The position numbers and the translations under genes were made by a program. Of a stretch of DNA of 64,000 bases, positions 1 to 11,748 are shown one piece after another (the stretch's first letter is position 1; each line of letters starts with the position of its first letter). The notes beneath the pieces were generated by a model, which saw only the letters and a list, made by a program, of their open reading frames with translations, made no database searches and was not told where the DNA came from. Origin of the DNA: Octopus bimaculoides (Eukaryota); the NCBI RefSeq assembly GCF_001194135.2, contig NC_068985.1, positions 103,127,038 to 103,191,037 of the forward strand. Direction: 5' to 3'.

Positions 1-108
1 ATGATTGGAAGAAACTTGAGTGCCAGACTTAAATTAAGTTTGTTTTTTGCTTTTTTAAAGTTACTTGTTGAAATTCCCAGTGCGGTCGATGATGTCAGCT
101 TTACCTAA

Positions 109-131
109 ACTACTACTACTACTACTAATAC

Positions 132-183
<52 letters not shown>

Positions 184-208
184 GGTGGTGGTGGTGGTGG
201 TGGTGGTA
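109..208. repeat. Compound microsatellite (ACT)n-(TAG)n-(TGG)n
   Basis: Direct reading. Confidence 0.97.
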
Positions 209-988
209 TAGTTCTGTTGCAATTGGTGATGGGGGTAAACTACTGGAGTCTATAGTAAAATAAGCCCATGAAAGAGCTGCATTGTGTATATTAAAAGTTT
301 TTCTGACTATCTAGGTCAGCTACCAAGATTCTATTAATGCTTGGTGAAACAGAACTAAAACCCGAATAAATGAATGAAAAAGTGATTGTTAATTGACCTA
401 GGAGGGGTTAGGCTGTGTTTGTCAGGTAAACAAAAGCAGTTATAAGTCGTGGGAATAACTGGAAAGTAAAATGACAGAATATGTGTAAGAAACTAGAATA
501 TCATATTTCTCCGAAGGCACTCTTTGAATGGTTTTGTGTGCATTATTTGCTGTGCGTTTGCAAATAGAACATATATGTGCAGTAATGTATTTAAGCACAT
601 GTGTGCAAGTGTATATATATATATATATGTGTGTGTAAGCATGCACACACAATTATCTTCTCTACAAATATGTTACAAACATTTTCTTTTGTTATGTCGT
701 ATATTACTACGCATTATGCATAGATAAACCGATACGCAAACATATAGAATGGCATGTATGTACGTGCACACGTGTGAAGAATTCCTAGAAAGCAAATATA
801 ACAGGAGGCTATATTACAATGTTTATGTGTGTGTGTGTGCGTGTGTGTGTGTGTGTGTGTGTGAGTGTATATGTTTATGTTTACACATACGTAAATACAC
901 ACACACATACGTACATATGTATATATATATATTTATACACACACACACACACACACACACATGTATATATATACATATATATATATAT

Positions 989-1553
989 NNNNNNNNNNNN
1001 NNNNNNNNNNNNNNNNNNNNNNNNNNNNNNNNNNNNNNNNNNNNNNNNNNNNNNNNNNNNNNNNNNNNNNNNNNNNNNNNNNNNNNNNNNNNNNNNNNNN
1101 NNNNNNNNNNNNNNNNNNNNNNNNNNNNNNNNNNNNNNNNNNNNNNNNNNNNNNNNNNNNNNNNNNNNNNNNNNNNNNNNNNNNNNNNNNNNNNNNNNNN
1201 NNNNNNNNNNNNNNNNNNNNNNNNNNNNNNNNNNNNNNNNNNNNNNNNNNNNNNNNNNNNNNNNNNNNNNNNNNNNNNNNNNNNNNNNNNNNNNNNNNNN
1301 NNNNNNNNNNNNNNNNNNNNNNNNNNNNNNNNNNNNNNNNNNNNNNNNNNNNNNNNNNNNNNNNNNNNNNNNNNNNNNNNNNNNNNNNNNNNNNNNNNNN
1401 NNNNNNNNNNNNNNNNNNNNNNNNNNNNNNNNNNNNNNNNNNNNNNNNNNNNNNNNNNNNNNNNNNNNNNNNNNNNNNNNNNNNNNNNNNNNNNNNNNNN
1501 NNNNNNNNNNNNNNNNNNNNNNNNNNNNNNNNNNNNNNNNNNNNNNNNNNNNN
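989..1553. other. Assembly gap; other gaps at 9663-9729, 13161-13260, 17163-17172, 36656-36863, 40202-40211, 49127-49136 and 55094-55144
   Basis: N runs, mostly next to microsatellites. Confidence 1.
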
Positions 1554-3475
1554 ATTCACACGTTCTTGACGCTTTCCTGAACTCGGAAAATGAAATTATG
1601 AACGCAAACTCGTTAGGCGACCTGACCATGCCCCTTTCTGAACTAAAGAACAATACGTAGACAAAATACTCACCTCACCCTTGGCTAATACTAATCTATA
1701 TGGAATAACACTTCCTTCTTCCTCCTGATTTTGCATTAGTTCTTCAAACCCCACAAAAAAACTTTTAAAAACCTATTTTTTCCAAAATTTCGTTCTACCC
1801 TTTTACTACCGCCGAGTCAACCTATGGTCTATGCGCCTCGAGCGCTAAAGAGGCTATGCGCTTCCGACCATCACTTTAAAGAATTGTCAATGTTGTCTAG
1901 TAGCAATATTCGGCGCGAAACCCACTGTAACATTCAGGCCAGTCATATTGCATAAACAGTAATATGTATGTATGCATGTATGTATAAATGAAAATGGAAA
2001 ATTCAATGCAATGTATGCCAAATCTAACGGGTCGGCAAATCTAACAGAGGTCTCAAAAGACATTTTAAGATCCACAAAGATCAGAACTTAACTGGAGCTC
2101 TTGGTGGTCCAAATCGGATATGCAATCTATGTGGGTGTCCTTTCAAAATATTGTCTGGTTTAAAAAACCACATTAGATGCCATGATGGTTCTAAGGTGTA
2201 AGTACAGGAGGTGCATAAGGAGTAGACAACCACCATGTATGTATACATACATGCGTCTATGCATGTATGTGTGTGTGCGTGTATGTATATATTTATTTAT
2301 TCTATTATTTATTTTTGGATGGATAATAACTGTTTTTTGCCGAAGGATCGAATTCAAAATAATTTATTTATTTTGTTCTGCATTAACCACTATGCACAGA
2401 ACCATTGTTGTTGAATAGGTGTTACAACAAAAATTTGTTACTATGCAAAACAAACGGTCGTTAGTTGCTCAGTAACAGAACGCCTTCATAAACTAATCTG
2501 CCCAATCGAATAACTCGTCTTGACATATATCTTAGTTTCTAAGCCTTTGCAGTTCTAGCAAAGTTTGAAAAAAAAAAACATCTTCGTACGACATTATCTT
2601 CAGAGTAACCAAGGTGCCAATGTAAACAATTTGAAGTTGGCAAGAAGATAAGAAATACATAGCTGACTCAACTCGGAAAAAACAGGCTACCTTGTCAATC
2701 TTCTGCCATTGTACCTGGAAATAAGTGATTGCAGGTGGAAGCAACAAGCAAGCAAGGCCAGTCAGCTAAATACTACGACTCCAACGTTAGCAAGATGGTA
2801 TACATCATCATAATAAAAGGAAAAAAGAAAACAGAAGCAAGTATGAAATGTTCTGGAACTATTGCTAATTGACAGTTTTTATTATGTCACTGAACCTATT
2901 AACATGTGTAAACTTTCTTTTGCAAAATATTAAAGTTCTCTTCTTTGGTTTTTATTAACCTCATTGTGTTTGATATAGAACAATTTTAGGATATTCAACA
3001 TTCATGAAAATCAACTTGAAGCTGGTTATGTTTTCTGAGAAAATGCATTACTGTTGCCAACATCTTTACTTAGAGTGCCTTCCAGAATTACTTTTTAGAT
3101 ATTGTTTCAAAGGTACATTAAAAACGTTGGAAACAAGCTACCAATTCGGATACCTTTTGTTAATATTGATTTTGCACTGCATTTATCACTTGGTAATATG
3201 GCTAATGCAGTCGTAATTTCTGTTCTTTAAACGTCCTTATACGAAATAAATACTATATTTGATATTATATTTAGACATTGTAGTTATTTACAACATTACA
3301 TATTCACCAGTCGTCATACCACAGATTGTCACATATAAATAAATGATATATGTATATACGTGTATTCGCGTGCGCATGTGGGTATGTGCGTGCATACGCG
3401 CATGCGTGTCTTTATTAATGTGTGAAATAACGGTGAATACATATCCAGATCTGTTTCATTCAATCTTTACTCGTC

Positions 3476-3531
<56 letters not shown>

Positions 3532-4479
3532 AGCACTGCTTCCCTTTGGCGGAACTGTTATCCATCTATACGTGATTCGGTTATTGTAACTAACCGCTTT
3601 ACCTCGCGCATAGATACACACTGCTGCCAATCACAAAGTCGCAGAAGATTTTAGTTAGTTCCAACCAAGGCCACCAAGAGAGTCAGATATAGTGTCATGT
3701 CGATGTCGGAACTCAACTCCACAACGTGGACAACTTCTAATGGGGAAACACTCTAGAACTAAATAACTATTTATGGACTGTTCGAACATTTATCCTCTTC
3801 ATATTTTTACAATATACAGTAACATATGCTGCATATACCTTTTTCTGGATTTGTGTCCCTATAACGAGTAACTCGAACTTTGTTTGTCCCCTCTGTGTGT
3901 AGCCCCTTGTGGGCAGTAAAGAAATAAGAAAGACCTGAAATCAATTCTAGGAAGACAACCTATTTTATTCTAGAGAGAACAGATCCTTCGGGATACTATG
4001 CGTCGAAAATGCATTTATATACAAAGTCAAAGCATGATCATTCTAGCAACTCATTTTCAGCGCTTATTAAAATCCTAAGTCAACGCAAAGGACTTTAGAA
4101 TAAGAAGGAAAAGAAAGTATAAAAATCACATCCAATTACCGACCAACAACCTAAAAGGCAGCTCTTCACTCATGAATGCTAACAACTGTCGAGTTGGGAA
4201 CATATCTTTATTACTTCTCTGTCAACGCAAAATGGTTTGTGTAATTATCCTCTCAACTAAAATCTAGAAACTGCGCAATCTTCCATCTCTATTACATTAT
4301 CCCTAATACATCTCATCCATCAGACTCTGTATAAACAGGTTACTCACCTCCTTTCCATAACAGCAATTTCTAGGATTACCTACCTGCTTTATGAGCCAAA
4401 AAGGAGGTCCCCTTAAGTGCGTTCAACCAGCTAAAAATAGCAATTAAATCTTCAAATTATACACTGTCTTCTTAAAAAG

Positions 4480-4780
4480 TAAGAATGTCGAAAAAAATGC
4501 TTAGAGGCATTTTTCTGAGTTGACGTCCTGCATCCAAATGCCTTTCATTCTTTGCCTTTCATTCTTTGCCTTTCATTCTTTGCCTTTCATTCTTTGCCTT
4601 TCATTCTTTTGGTGTCAATGAAATAAGTTGCTGGCCTTGAGTCAAAATTTTACACCAATGTAGTCCTAGATACTATATATCTGAATAGAAGACGAGATGG
4701 TCATGCCAGAACGCCTTCCATGATAGATTTTCTTGATCTCAGAGCTGACGTGGGACTAAACAACAACAACAACAACAATA
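4480..4780 (+). mobile_element. Old CORE-like SINE with family-5 tail, containing a 14-bp minisatellite
   Basis: GCCTTTCATTC core, AATGTAGTCCTAGATAC..GATGGTCATG tail, (AAC)n end. Confidence 0.6.
4539..4608. repeat. Minisatellite (TGCCTTTCATTCTT)x5
   Basis: Five exact 14-bp units. Confidence 0.97.
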
Positions 4781-4802
4781 ATATCCTACCTGCCAATGTC
4801 TT

Positions 4803-4845
4803 CTCCACCATGGGCTCCACCATGGGCTCCACCATGGGCTCCACC
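4803..4845. repeat. Minisatellite (CTCCACCATGGG)x3.6
   Basis: Exact 12-bp units. Confidence 0.97.
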
Positions 4846-7325
4846 CCGCTGGCACCCAGTTTACATTCCTAGTTAGTGCCCCCATCATCACTCATCATCA
4901 TATACATAGACCACTTTCTACAGCAAATTCAAAACAGTATTTCACAAATAAAACCCATTATTTTGTTGTTTTTACATCCATTGCCTCGTTTTGCCTACCC
5001 CATCATCGCCCCGTTTTTATTCAACGCCCCCTGGATCTTTCCACCGCCCCCAGGGGGCAGTACCGCACGCTTTGGTAACTATGAACAAGTATCTAAAATT
5101 GACATTGCCTGCGTTGGTGTTAATCTATTTCAGATTTGGCGGAAGAGGTATCTGAAAACACTTTACTAACTATATTGAAGTCTTTCTTACATTCCTTCGG
5201 TTGAGAGGTCATTAAACTATGTAACAATGATATTGCATGGTTAAGCTATCCAGTATGTTTCTGTCACCAGGCTCGTCGCCAGACTTTGGTGCTTGGGGGT
5301 ACTTCAGAATATTTTGGGCACTAATTTGTATTGCAGCACTCCCTTAGCGACGGGCATGTGAGTTAGACTTCAATAAATGTATGGCAGCAAGCTTTTTCTA
5401 AACTGTATGTTCTAAACCTGAGTGAGGACTCTTGTATAGTGAGGGCGCAGTGCCGTCCAGTACCCACCCTTTAGTGAAGGGCATGTCTGTCACAAATAAT
5501 AGAAACTGCAGTCCGCATTTCTTTTAGGGAGAAAAAAAAATCATGAGATCTGGAAGCCTTTTCTTGGGTGAGATCGAGCCCTAATGAATCTAACTTATAA
5601 CACCATTAAAAATTCATTATGATAAATGAATAATCTAGAAAAGCATCCGCCATGTGGTCGCCTGAATTGCGATAAAGCACATACCCTGCCACTTTACAAA
5701 CGAATACTGCTAGATAATGTAAACCAAGATAGACTATTCCTGAATGGATGAAAGTAAAAAAGACTTTATTGTCATGGCTTGAATGCTTTTGATCGTAGGT
5801 ATGCTCGAACAGGATAGAGTTGAGTCTAAACAATAGCAGCAACAATTAAGAAAGATGTCTCGCCAAAAATGACACAAAAGAAAAAATGCAGGAGGACTGT
5901 CGTAAGAAGAAAAAAAACAAAACTATCAATAAATCTACAAATGAAGAAATCACATAAAACCTATCACATATTCATCTCTCAGACTTGTTTTATGTGATAC
6001 ACGCAGAGAAACAGACTTGCATGTGACGTTTATATTATAATAGTAATGTGTTTGAAAGTACGTGAGTGGGTGGTGTTGGTGAATTTGCGGATAGATACGC
6101 TATGGAAATACATAAACGTAAATGCAGTTTATTGTTTTCTCAATATGCAAATTCAACTCACAGATTAAACATAAAAGGAAAATAATGGGTAATCAGACAT
6201 TGTAGACCATTAGTTATGAAGGAAAATCGAGAAAGGCATAAAGGAAAAGAAAGAGACAAAGACTGATGGACTCTTTTATTTCTGAAATCTATGCAGAATA
6301 GTATAGAATTTTGAAATGCTGATGTGCATATTGAAACAACTGCTAAGCATTTATTCATTTATTATTTTTTTTCTTTTCTTCTCTTTGTATCGTGTGCTGA
6401 ATAAGTTATTTTCAACAATAAATTTAGTTCTTATTCGATATGTATTTATGTAAGTGAAATTTTGTTTCAACTAGTTACAACTTTATTTTTTAACATTTTT
6501 ATAATTTTATATCTATTTTTTTTCTTTTTTTTTTTTTGATTCACTAGTCTATATGCTTCAACAGATGTCGAAGACAGATTTGATTCAAGTCATACGGGAA
6601 GTGTGCTGACTGAACACAGATTTTCTAGCTATTTATTTATGTTTCCAGCATTCGTCTTTTTCGCTTCTTTGCATCGTAAAATTTTTAAATGTAGAGCTGC
6701 ACGTATTTGATCACAAAATTGATAAGACATTTCAGTTACCCTGGATCATTGTTAGCCTTAAAACATCATCTTAAGTATTGTCCCCACCACCATCAATCCT
6801 ACACCTCTCTCTCTCTCTCTCTCTCTCTCGTTCTCTTCCTATCTCCTTTTCTATCTAGATATTTTTCTTTTTATTACTCTGTATCCCAATATGCGTCTAA
6901 AAGTGCACGATTGCATGGCACTCGTGAACTCTTATGCGTACAGTATGACAGCATGTGCGAGTGTGAGTACGTGCATGCACATGTTTGTTTCGATATATGT
7001 GTGTGTTGTGTATGTAAACGTTTATATGTTTGTGTGTATAATATACATGCAGTTATGGAATCGTGACATTGTTATCCTTATCTTCAGTTGAATAACAATA
7101 GTATCAGGTAGTAAATGTATGACGAATTTTTTAACACTTTATATACTAAATTAATACAATCAGAAAATAAAACAATAATGGGTATAATGGAATATTAAAA
7201 AGCTTTAATTGCGTCGATACAGAGAACAAGACTCACAGTCCCAGATCAAGTCACTTAACAAACATCTGTAGGTATATAGTGCGTGTGTGTGTATGTGTGT
7301 GCGTGCGTGCGTTTTATCTGATATT

Positions 7326-7690
7326 TTTTACTTGTTTCAATCATTGGATTACGGCCATGAAGGGTTTCAATCATTGGATTGCGGCCCTTGAAGGGTTTTG
7401 TGGAACAAATCAACCCCAGTACTTATTTGCTTATTTTTCAAGTCTGATACTCATTCTATCGAGCTTTGCCGAACCGCTAAGTTACGGGCGTAAAGAAACC
7501 AACACCTGTTGTCAAACAGTGAGGTGGGGGTGAACAAACACAAACATACACACATATATGCGACGGGATTCCACACAGTTTCCGTCTACCAAATTCCCTT
7601 ACAAGGTATTAGTTGGTCCGGGATTATAGTATAAGTTACTTGCCCAAAGTACCGCGCTGTGGAAATGAACCTAAAACTACGCGGTTGCCA
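7326..7690 (-). mobile_element. SINE family 2, diverged, with a ~30-bp internal tandem duplication
   Basis: Reverse match to 60092-60483. Confidence 0.8.
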
Positions 7691-8925
7691 TATAGCTTTA
7701 AAAATCACAAGAGCTAAAAAATTTAAAATATATTCTAGTGGAATACATCTTTTCAACGGGCTTTTGAAATCGAGTTGACAAAGTGTCTGGTATACATATC
7801 CTTAGGAAAGCCTACAACAGTTTCTCCTTGAAAAGCTCTAGATTGTTAGAAATTAGACCGAGGTTCATAGTTATAACGAAATACTACAATCTCTTTACTT
7901 ATAATTTCAAATCTTGCCAAATTTAGTCGAGTTTGTTAGAATGTTAAATTAATCTGGTTTAGCTAACTTTTCTATTGCAATTCAATGGATGATAACTTTT
8001 AAATTGATTATACTATTGTAATAAAAAGAAACTCTTGATATAATACCTTAAAATAGCATACCTAGCCCGGTGCTGGAAAAATAGATATAAGAGATATACA
8101 TGTTTTAGAGACAAATAGCTCAACATCAAAAGCAGACAAGAGAGGAGGCGTGCGATGCTAATTAGCCAATATAGCTACCAATCTACGTGTGTCACTCTTT
8201 CCATCTACGATTACTCGTGCCAATTATAGTTTAACGCAGACACCATTTTCTCTTGATAAACGCTTTTTAAAACGAAATATTGCAATATAAGATAAATGTG
8301 TAAACCTTTGCGTTTGCTATACTTTTGTTTTTACTTCTTCCTTTCTAACTTGCTTTGTAGTTTCTAAAGCACTCATACTCATGCGCGTGTATATAAGTCC
8401 ATACAAAAATATACACATGTGCGTGTACTTGCATGTGGCGTGAGTGTGTATATTCATACAGTCATATCTGTATCATCAAATGTGTGTGTGTGTTTTTTTT
8501 TTTATAGGTTTTCTTCATTTTGTATGTATGTGTACGTGGGTATACACAGTTTTGTGTTATGAAAGTATACGTCCATACATACGTGTATCTTTATGTGAAT
8601 GTTCACATTTATGTGTGAATATATGAAACTAGGAAAACTCTCAACACAACTTGAAGGAAAAGCGTGAATAGTCTGACTATTCAATCCAAATGTCGACAAA
8701 TTTGTTAGAGGTTCTTGAAAGCGGTATCAAGTTTACTTTAGCAGCAGAGCAGAGTGTCACAGACAAATCCTTTTGAAGTAGCCTTCTTTTGTTGGCTTAC
8801 ATAAAACGTTTTGTCTAGATAGCATTCTATGACAATGCCTATTGTTAGAAAGTTCCACTGACTTCTCTCTCTTTCTCTTTCTTTCTCTCTTTCATACACA
8901 TTCATATATATTTATGTCTGCTTAC

Positions 8926-9138
<213 letters not shown>

Positions 9139-9729
9139 CGTAGATGTATATGTTTATGTATATACAAATCTGTGTATGCACTCGTGTGCGAAATTAAGCT
9201 TATTATTTTAAACAAACTAAGAAAAACAGAATATTAACTGATGAAGAGAATCAGTTATGAAAATACGGTTGAATTTTTATTTTGCATTCCGTATGTGACT
9301 AGAACTTTGTTTCGCCTGATATCTTTTTGAAGAAGGTCCGTTTTCTGAGTGTATGACAAGGTTCGCGCGCGTGTGTCATTGGTGTGAAGATTTACGGATG
9401 GACAGTACTGATGTGATGACCGTGTACTCCAGCCAGTGTATCACTTCAGCTATCGTCAGTTTCACGGTAGAGTGAGAATTTCAGCTCCACTATACCATAC
9501 CATTCCATTGAATGTTATTGCAGATCCACTGTCAATTAAATCTACTCCAATACTTCTCTGGTAATTCATTTTATTGCTTCCAAAACGATAAAAGGCAAAT
9601 GTATATGAAAGGATATGCTTTTTTTTTTTCTACTCTAGGCACAAGGCTCAAAATTTTGTGGGNNNNNNNNNNNNNNNNNNNNNNNNNNNNNNNNNNNNNN
9701 NNNNNNNNNNNNNNNNNNNNNNNNNNNNN

Positions 9730-10095
9730 GGGGGGGGGGGGAGTTCAGTCGATTAGATCGACTCCAGTACACAACTGGTACTTAATTTATCGACCCCGAA
9801 AGGATGAAAGGCAAAGTCAACCTCGGCGGAATTTGAACCCGGAACGTTTCGACAGACGAAATACCGCTAAGCATTTCGTCCAGCGTGCTAACGTTTCTTA
9901 TTTCTTTACTGCCCACAAGAGACAAACAAAGATAGACAAACGGATTAAATCGATTATATCGACCCCAGTGCGTAACTGGTACTTATTTAACCGACCCCGA
10001 AAGTATGAAAGGCAAAGTTGACCTCGGCGGAATTTGAACTCAGAACGTTGCGACAGACGTAATACCGCTAAGCATTTCGCCCGGCGTGCTAACGT
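9730..10095 (-). mobile_element. Two tandem CORE-type SINEs (family 3)
   Basis: Two copies (about 9730-9897 and 9905-10095) of GTTCAAATTCCGCCGAGG..GCCTTTCATCCTTTCGGGGTCG..AAGTACCAGT (B box plus CORE domain). Confidence 0.85.
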
Positions 10096-10614
10096 TTCTG
10101 CCAGCTCGCCGCCTTGTATATGAATGGATATGAACACAGATGGATATGAACTCGGAACAAATGATGCAAGACATTTTCTCATACGCCTGTCTACTACCGT
10201 TTTGTGTAGTATATATATGTGTAATATTTAAATTCTTTTTTGAGCTCACAGACAAACATAATGGCATAATGTACTGCGCGCGCGTGTGCGTGGTACGCGC
10301 GCCCGTGTGTCTATATGCAAGTAGGCTATATGTATGTGTTAGTATAAATGAAGTTTCCACAAAGCTCAAATCTGTTTCCGAATTGAACGAAAAGTTCTTG
10401 ATTAATATTTGATTAATTATCAGTCTCCTGCATGCTAAACAATAGATTTCTAATGAAAAGACGAGTAAACTACAAGAAATCGAAATGATGTCTTCCATAA
10501 GTGGAAACCATTGATAGAAAATTGAAATTATCAATTCCAGTGAGTGATGTGGAGTGGTGGTGATGAATATTTGCTGGCTTGTTAGTTTAAGTGTCTGAAG
10601 TGGGAGACAATCAG

Positions 10615-11011
10615 TGGATAGAATATGCAAAATTTACAATTTGACTAACATTGCACAACTGTTCCTTACTTGTATTCTATAGACTTAGTCACGAGTTCAT
10701 GTGACGATGCAAACGTTGTTCTGCATTGTTTTACTTTATGACATTTTCAATTCCTGCTGCTGTCAGTGAAGAAAGTACTCAATACTTTTGTATGAAGTTA
10801 TATGTATTTAATAAACTATTGACTCAGTTCTGTCACTGGACGTCTGATGAGACGGACGTGGCGCTCATGAAACTTTTAGTCTTGTAGAAGTAGGTCAAAC
10901 TGCAACTATATATTTCTATGGATAGAATATGCAAAATTTATAATTTGACTGACATTGCACAACTGTTCCTTGGACTGTATTCTTTCATATGACGATGCAA
11001 AACGTTGTCCT
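10615..11011. repeat. Two diverged ~100-bp direct repeats with 304-bp spacing
   Basis: TGGATAGAATATGCAAAATTTA.AATTTGACT.ACATTGCACAACTGTTCCTT at 10615 and 10919. Confidence 0.9.
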
Positions 11012-11035
11012 ATATATATATATATATATATATAT

Positions 11036-11385
11036 ATCATCATCGTTTAACGTCCACTTTCCATGCTAGCATGGGTTGGACGATTTGACTGAGGACTAGT
11101 GAAACCAGATGGCTACACCAGGCTCCAATCTGATTTGGCAGAGTTTCTACAGCTGGATACCCTTCCTAACGCCAACCACTCAGAGTGTAGTGGGTGCTTT
11201 TACGTGTCACCGGCACGAAGGCCAGTCAGGCGGTACTGGCAACGGCCACGCTCAAAATGGTGTATTTAACGTGCCACACGCACAAGAGCCAGTCCAGAGG
11301 CACTGGCAACGAGCTCGCTCGAAAGTCCTTACACATGCCACGGGCACAAGTGCCAGAAAGGCGGCGCTGGGCTCCATTTAGCATC
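11036..11385 (-). mobile_element. Short retroposon family 4 (RTE-type tail, (GAT)n end; possibly Ceph-domain related)
   Basis: GAGTGGTTGGCGTTAGGAAGGG.ATCCAGCTGTAGAAACTC...CCATGCTAGCATGGAAAG..GACGTTAAACGATGATG; five good copies in the window. Confidence 0.85.
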
Positions 11386-11474
11386 ATGTTATCTGAGAGT
11401 GATTTGACTGCTTTTTCTAACAGATCGAGTGATTAGGTGCAGCTCACGCGTTGGCGTATTATCGTCAGCATTTA

Positions 11475-11650
11475 GTCTCAGGTCAATCTTGATCGAAGTG
11501 ACATAAGATGAAACATGTTTCCAATGTCACTGTCTCTTTGAGGCACATCTATGAACACATTATATAATATGCTCTTTCGATTTCTCAGATGGTAGTCTGT
11601 GATTTGAGGGTGTTGCCGCTAGTTCTAGCAAGTCGAACAACTTAAATATG
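11475..11650 (-). mobile_element. Old dispersed repeat family 5 (SINE-tail-like); further copies at about 31190-31300, 33030-33225, 46470-46640 and 48020-48215
   Basis: Shared ACATTATCCAATG..GTGATTTGA..GCTATTTCTAGCAGGTC motifs between copies. Confidence 0.6.
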
Positions 11651-11688
11651 TGGAAGCGCACTCATGTCATCGTTATTGCTGTTAGTCG

Positions 11689-11748
<60 letters not shown>

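Noticed and set aside
749-1660. Longest ORFs in the track (200-300 aa), also those at 13106-13415, 36545-36921 and 54793-55320
   Set aside because: They read through N gaps and dinucleotide repeats (CV/HT/YI runs) and are not evidence of coding
4805-4840. Three perfect vertebrate Kozak CCACCATGG sites
   Set aside because: A by-product of the 12-bp repeat; the ORF they open ends after 20 codons
5268-5358. Tiny MITE with 11/15 terminal inverted match
   Set aside because: No TSD and a single copy; too weak to call
9405-9480. Possible C/D snoRNA (GTGATGA)
   Set aside because: No D box or terminal stem
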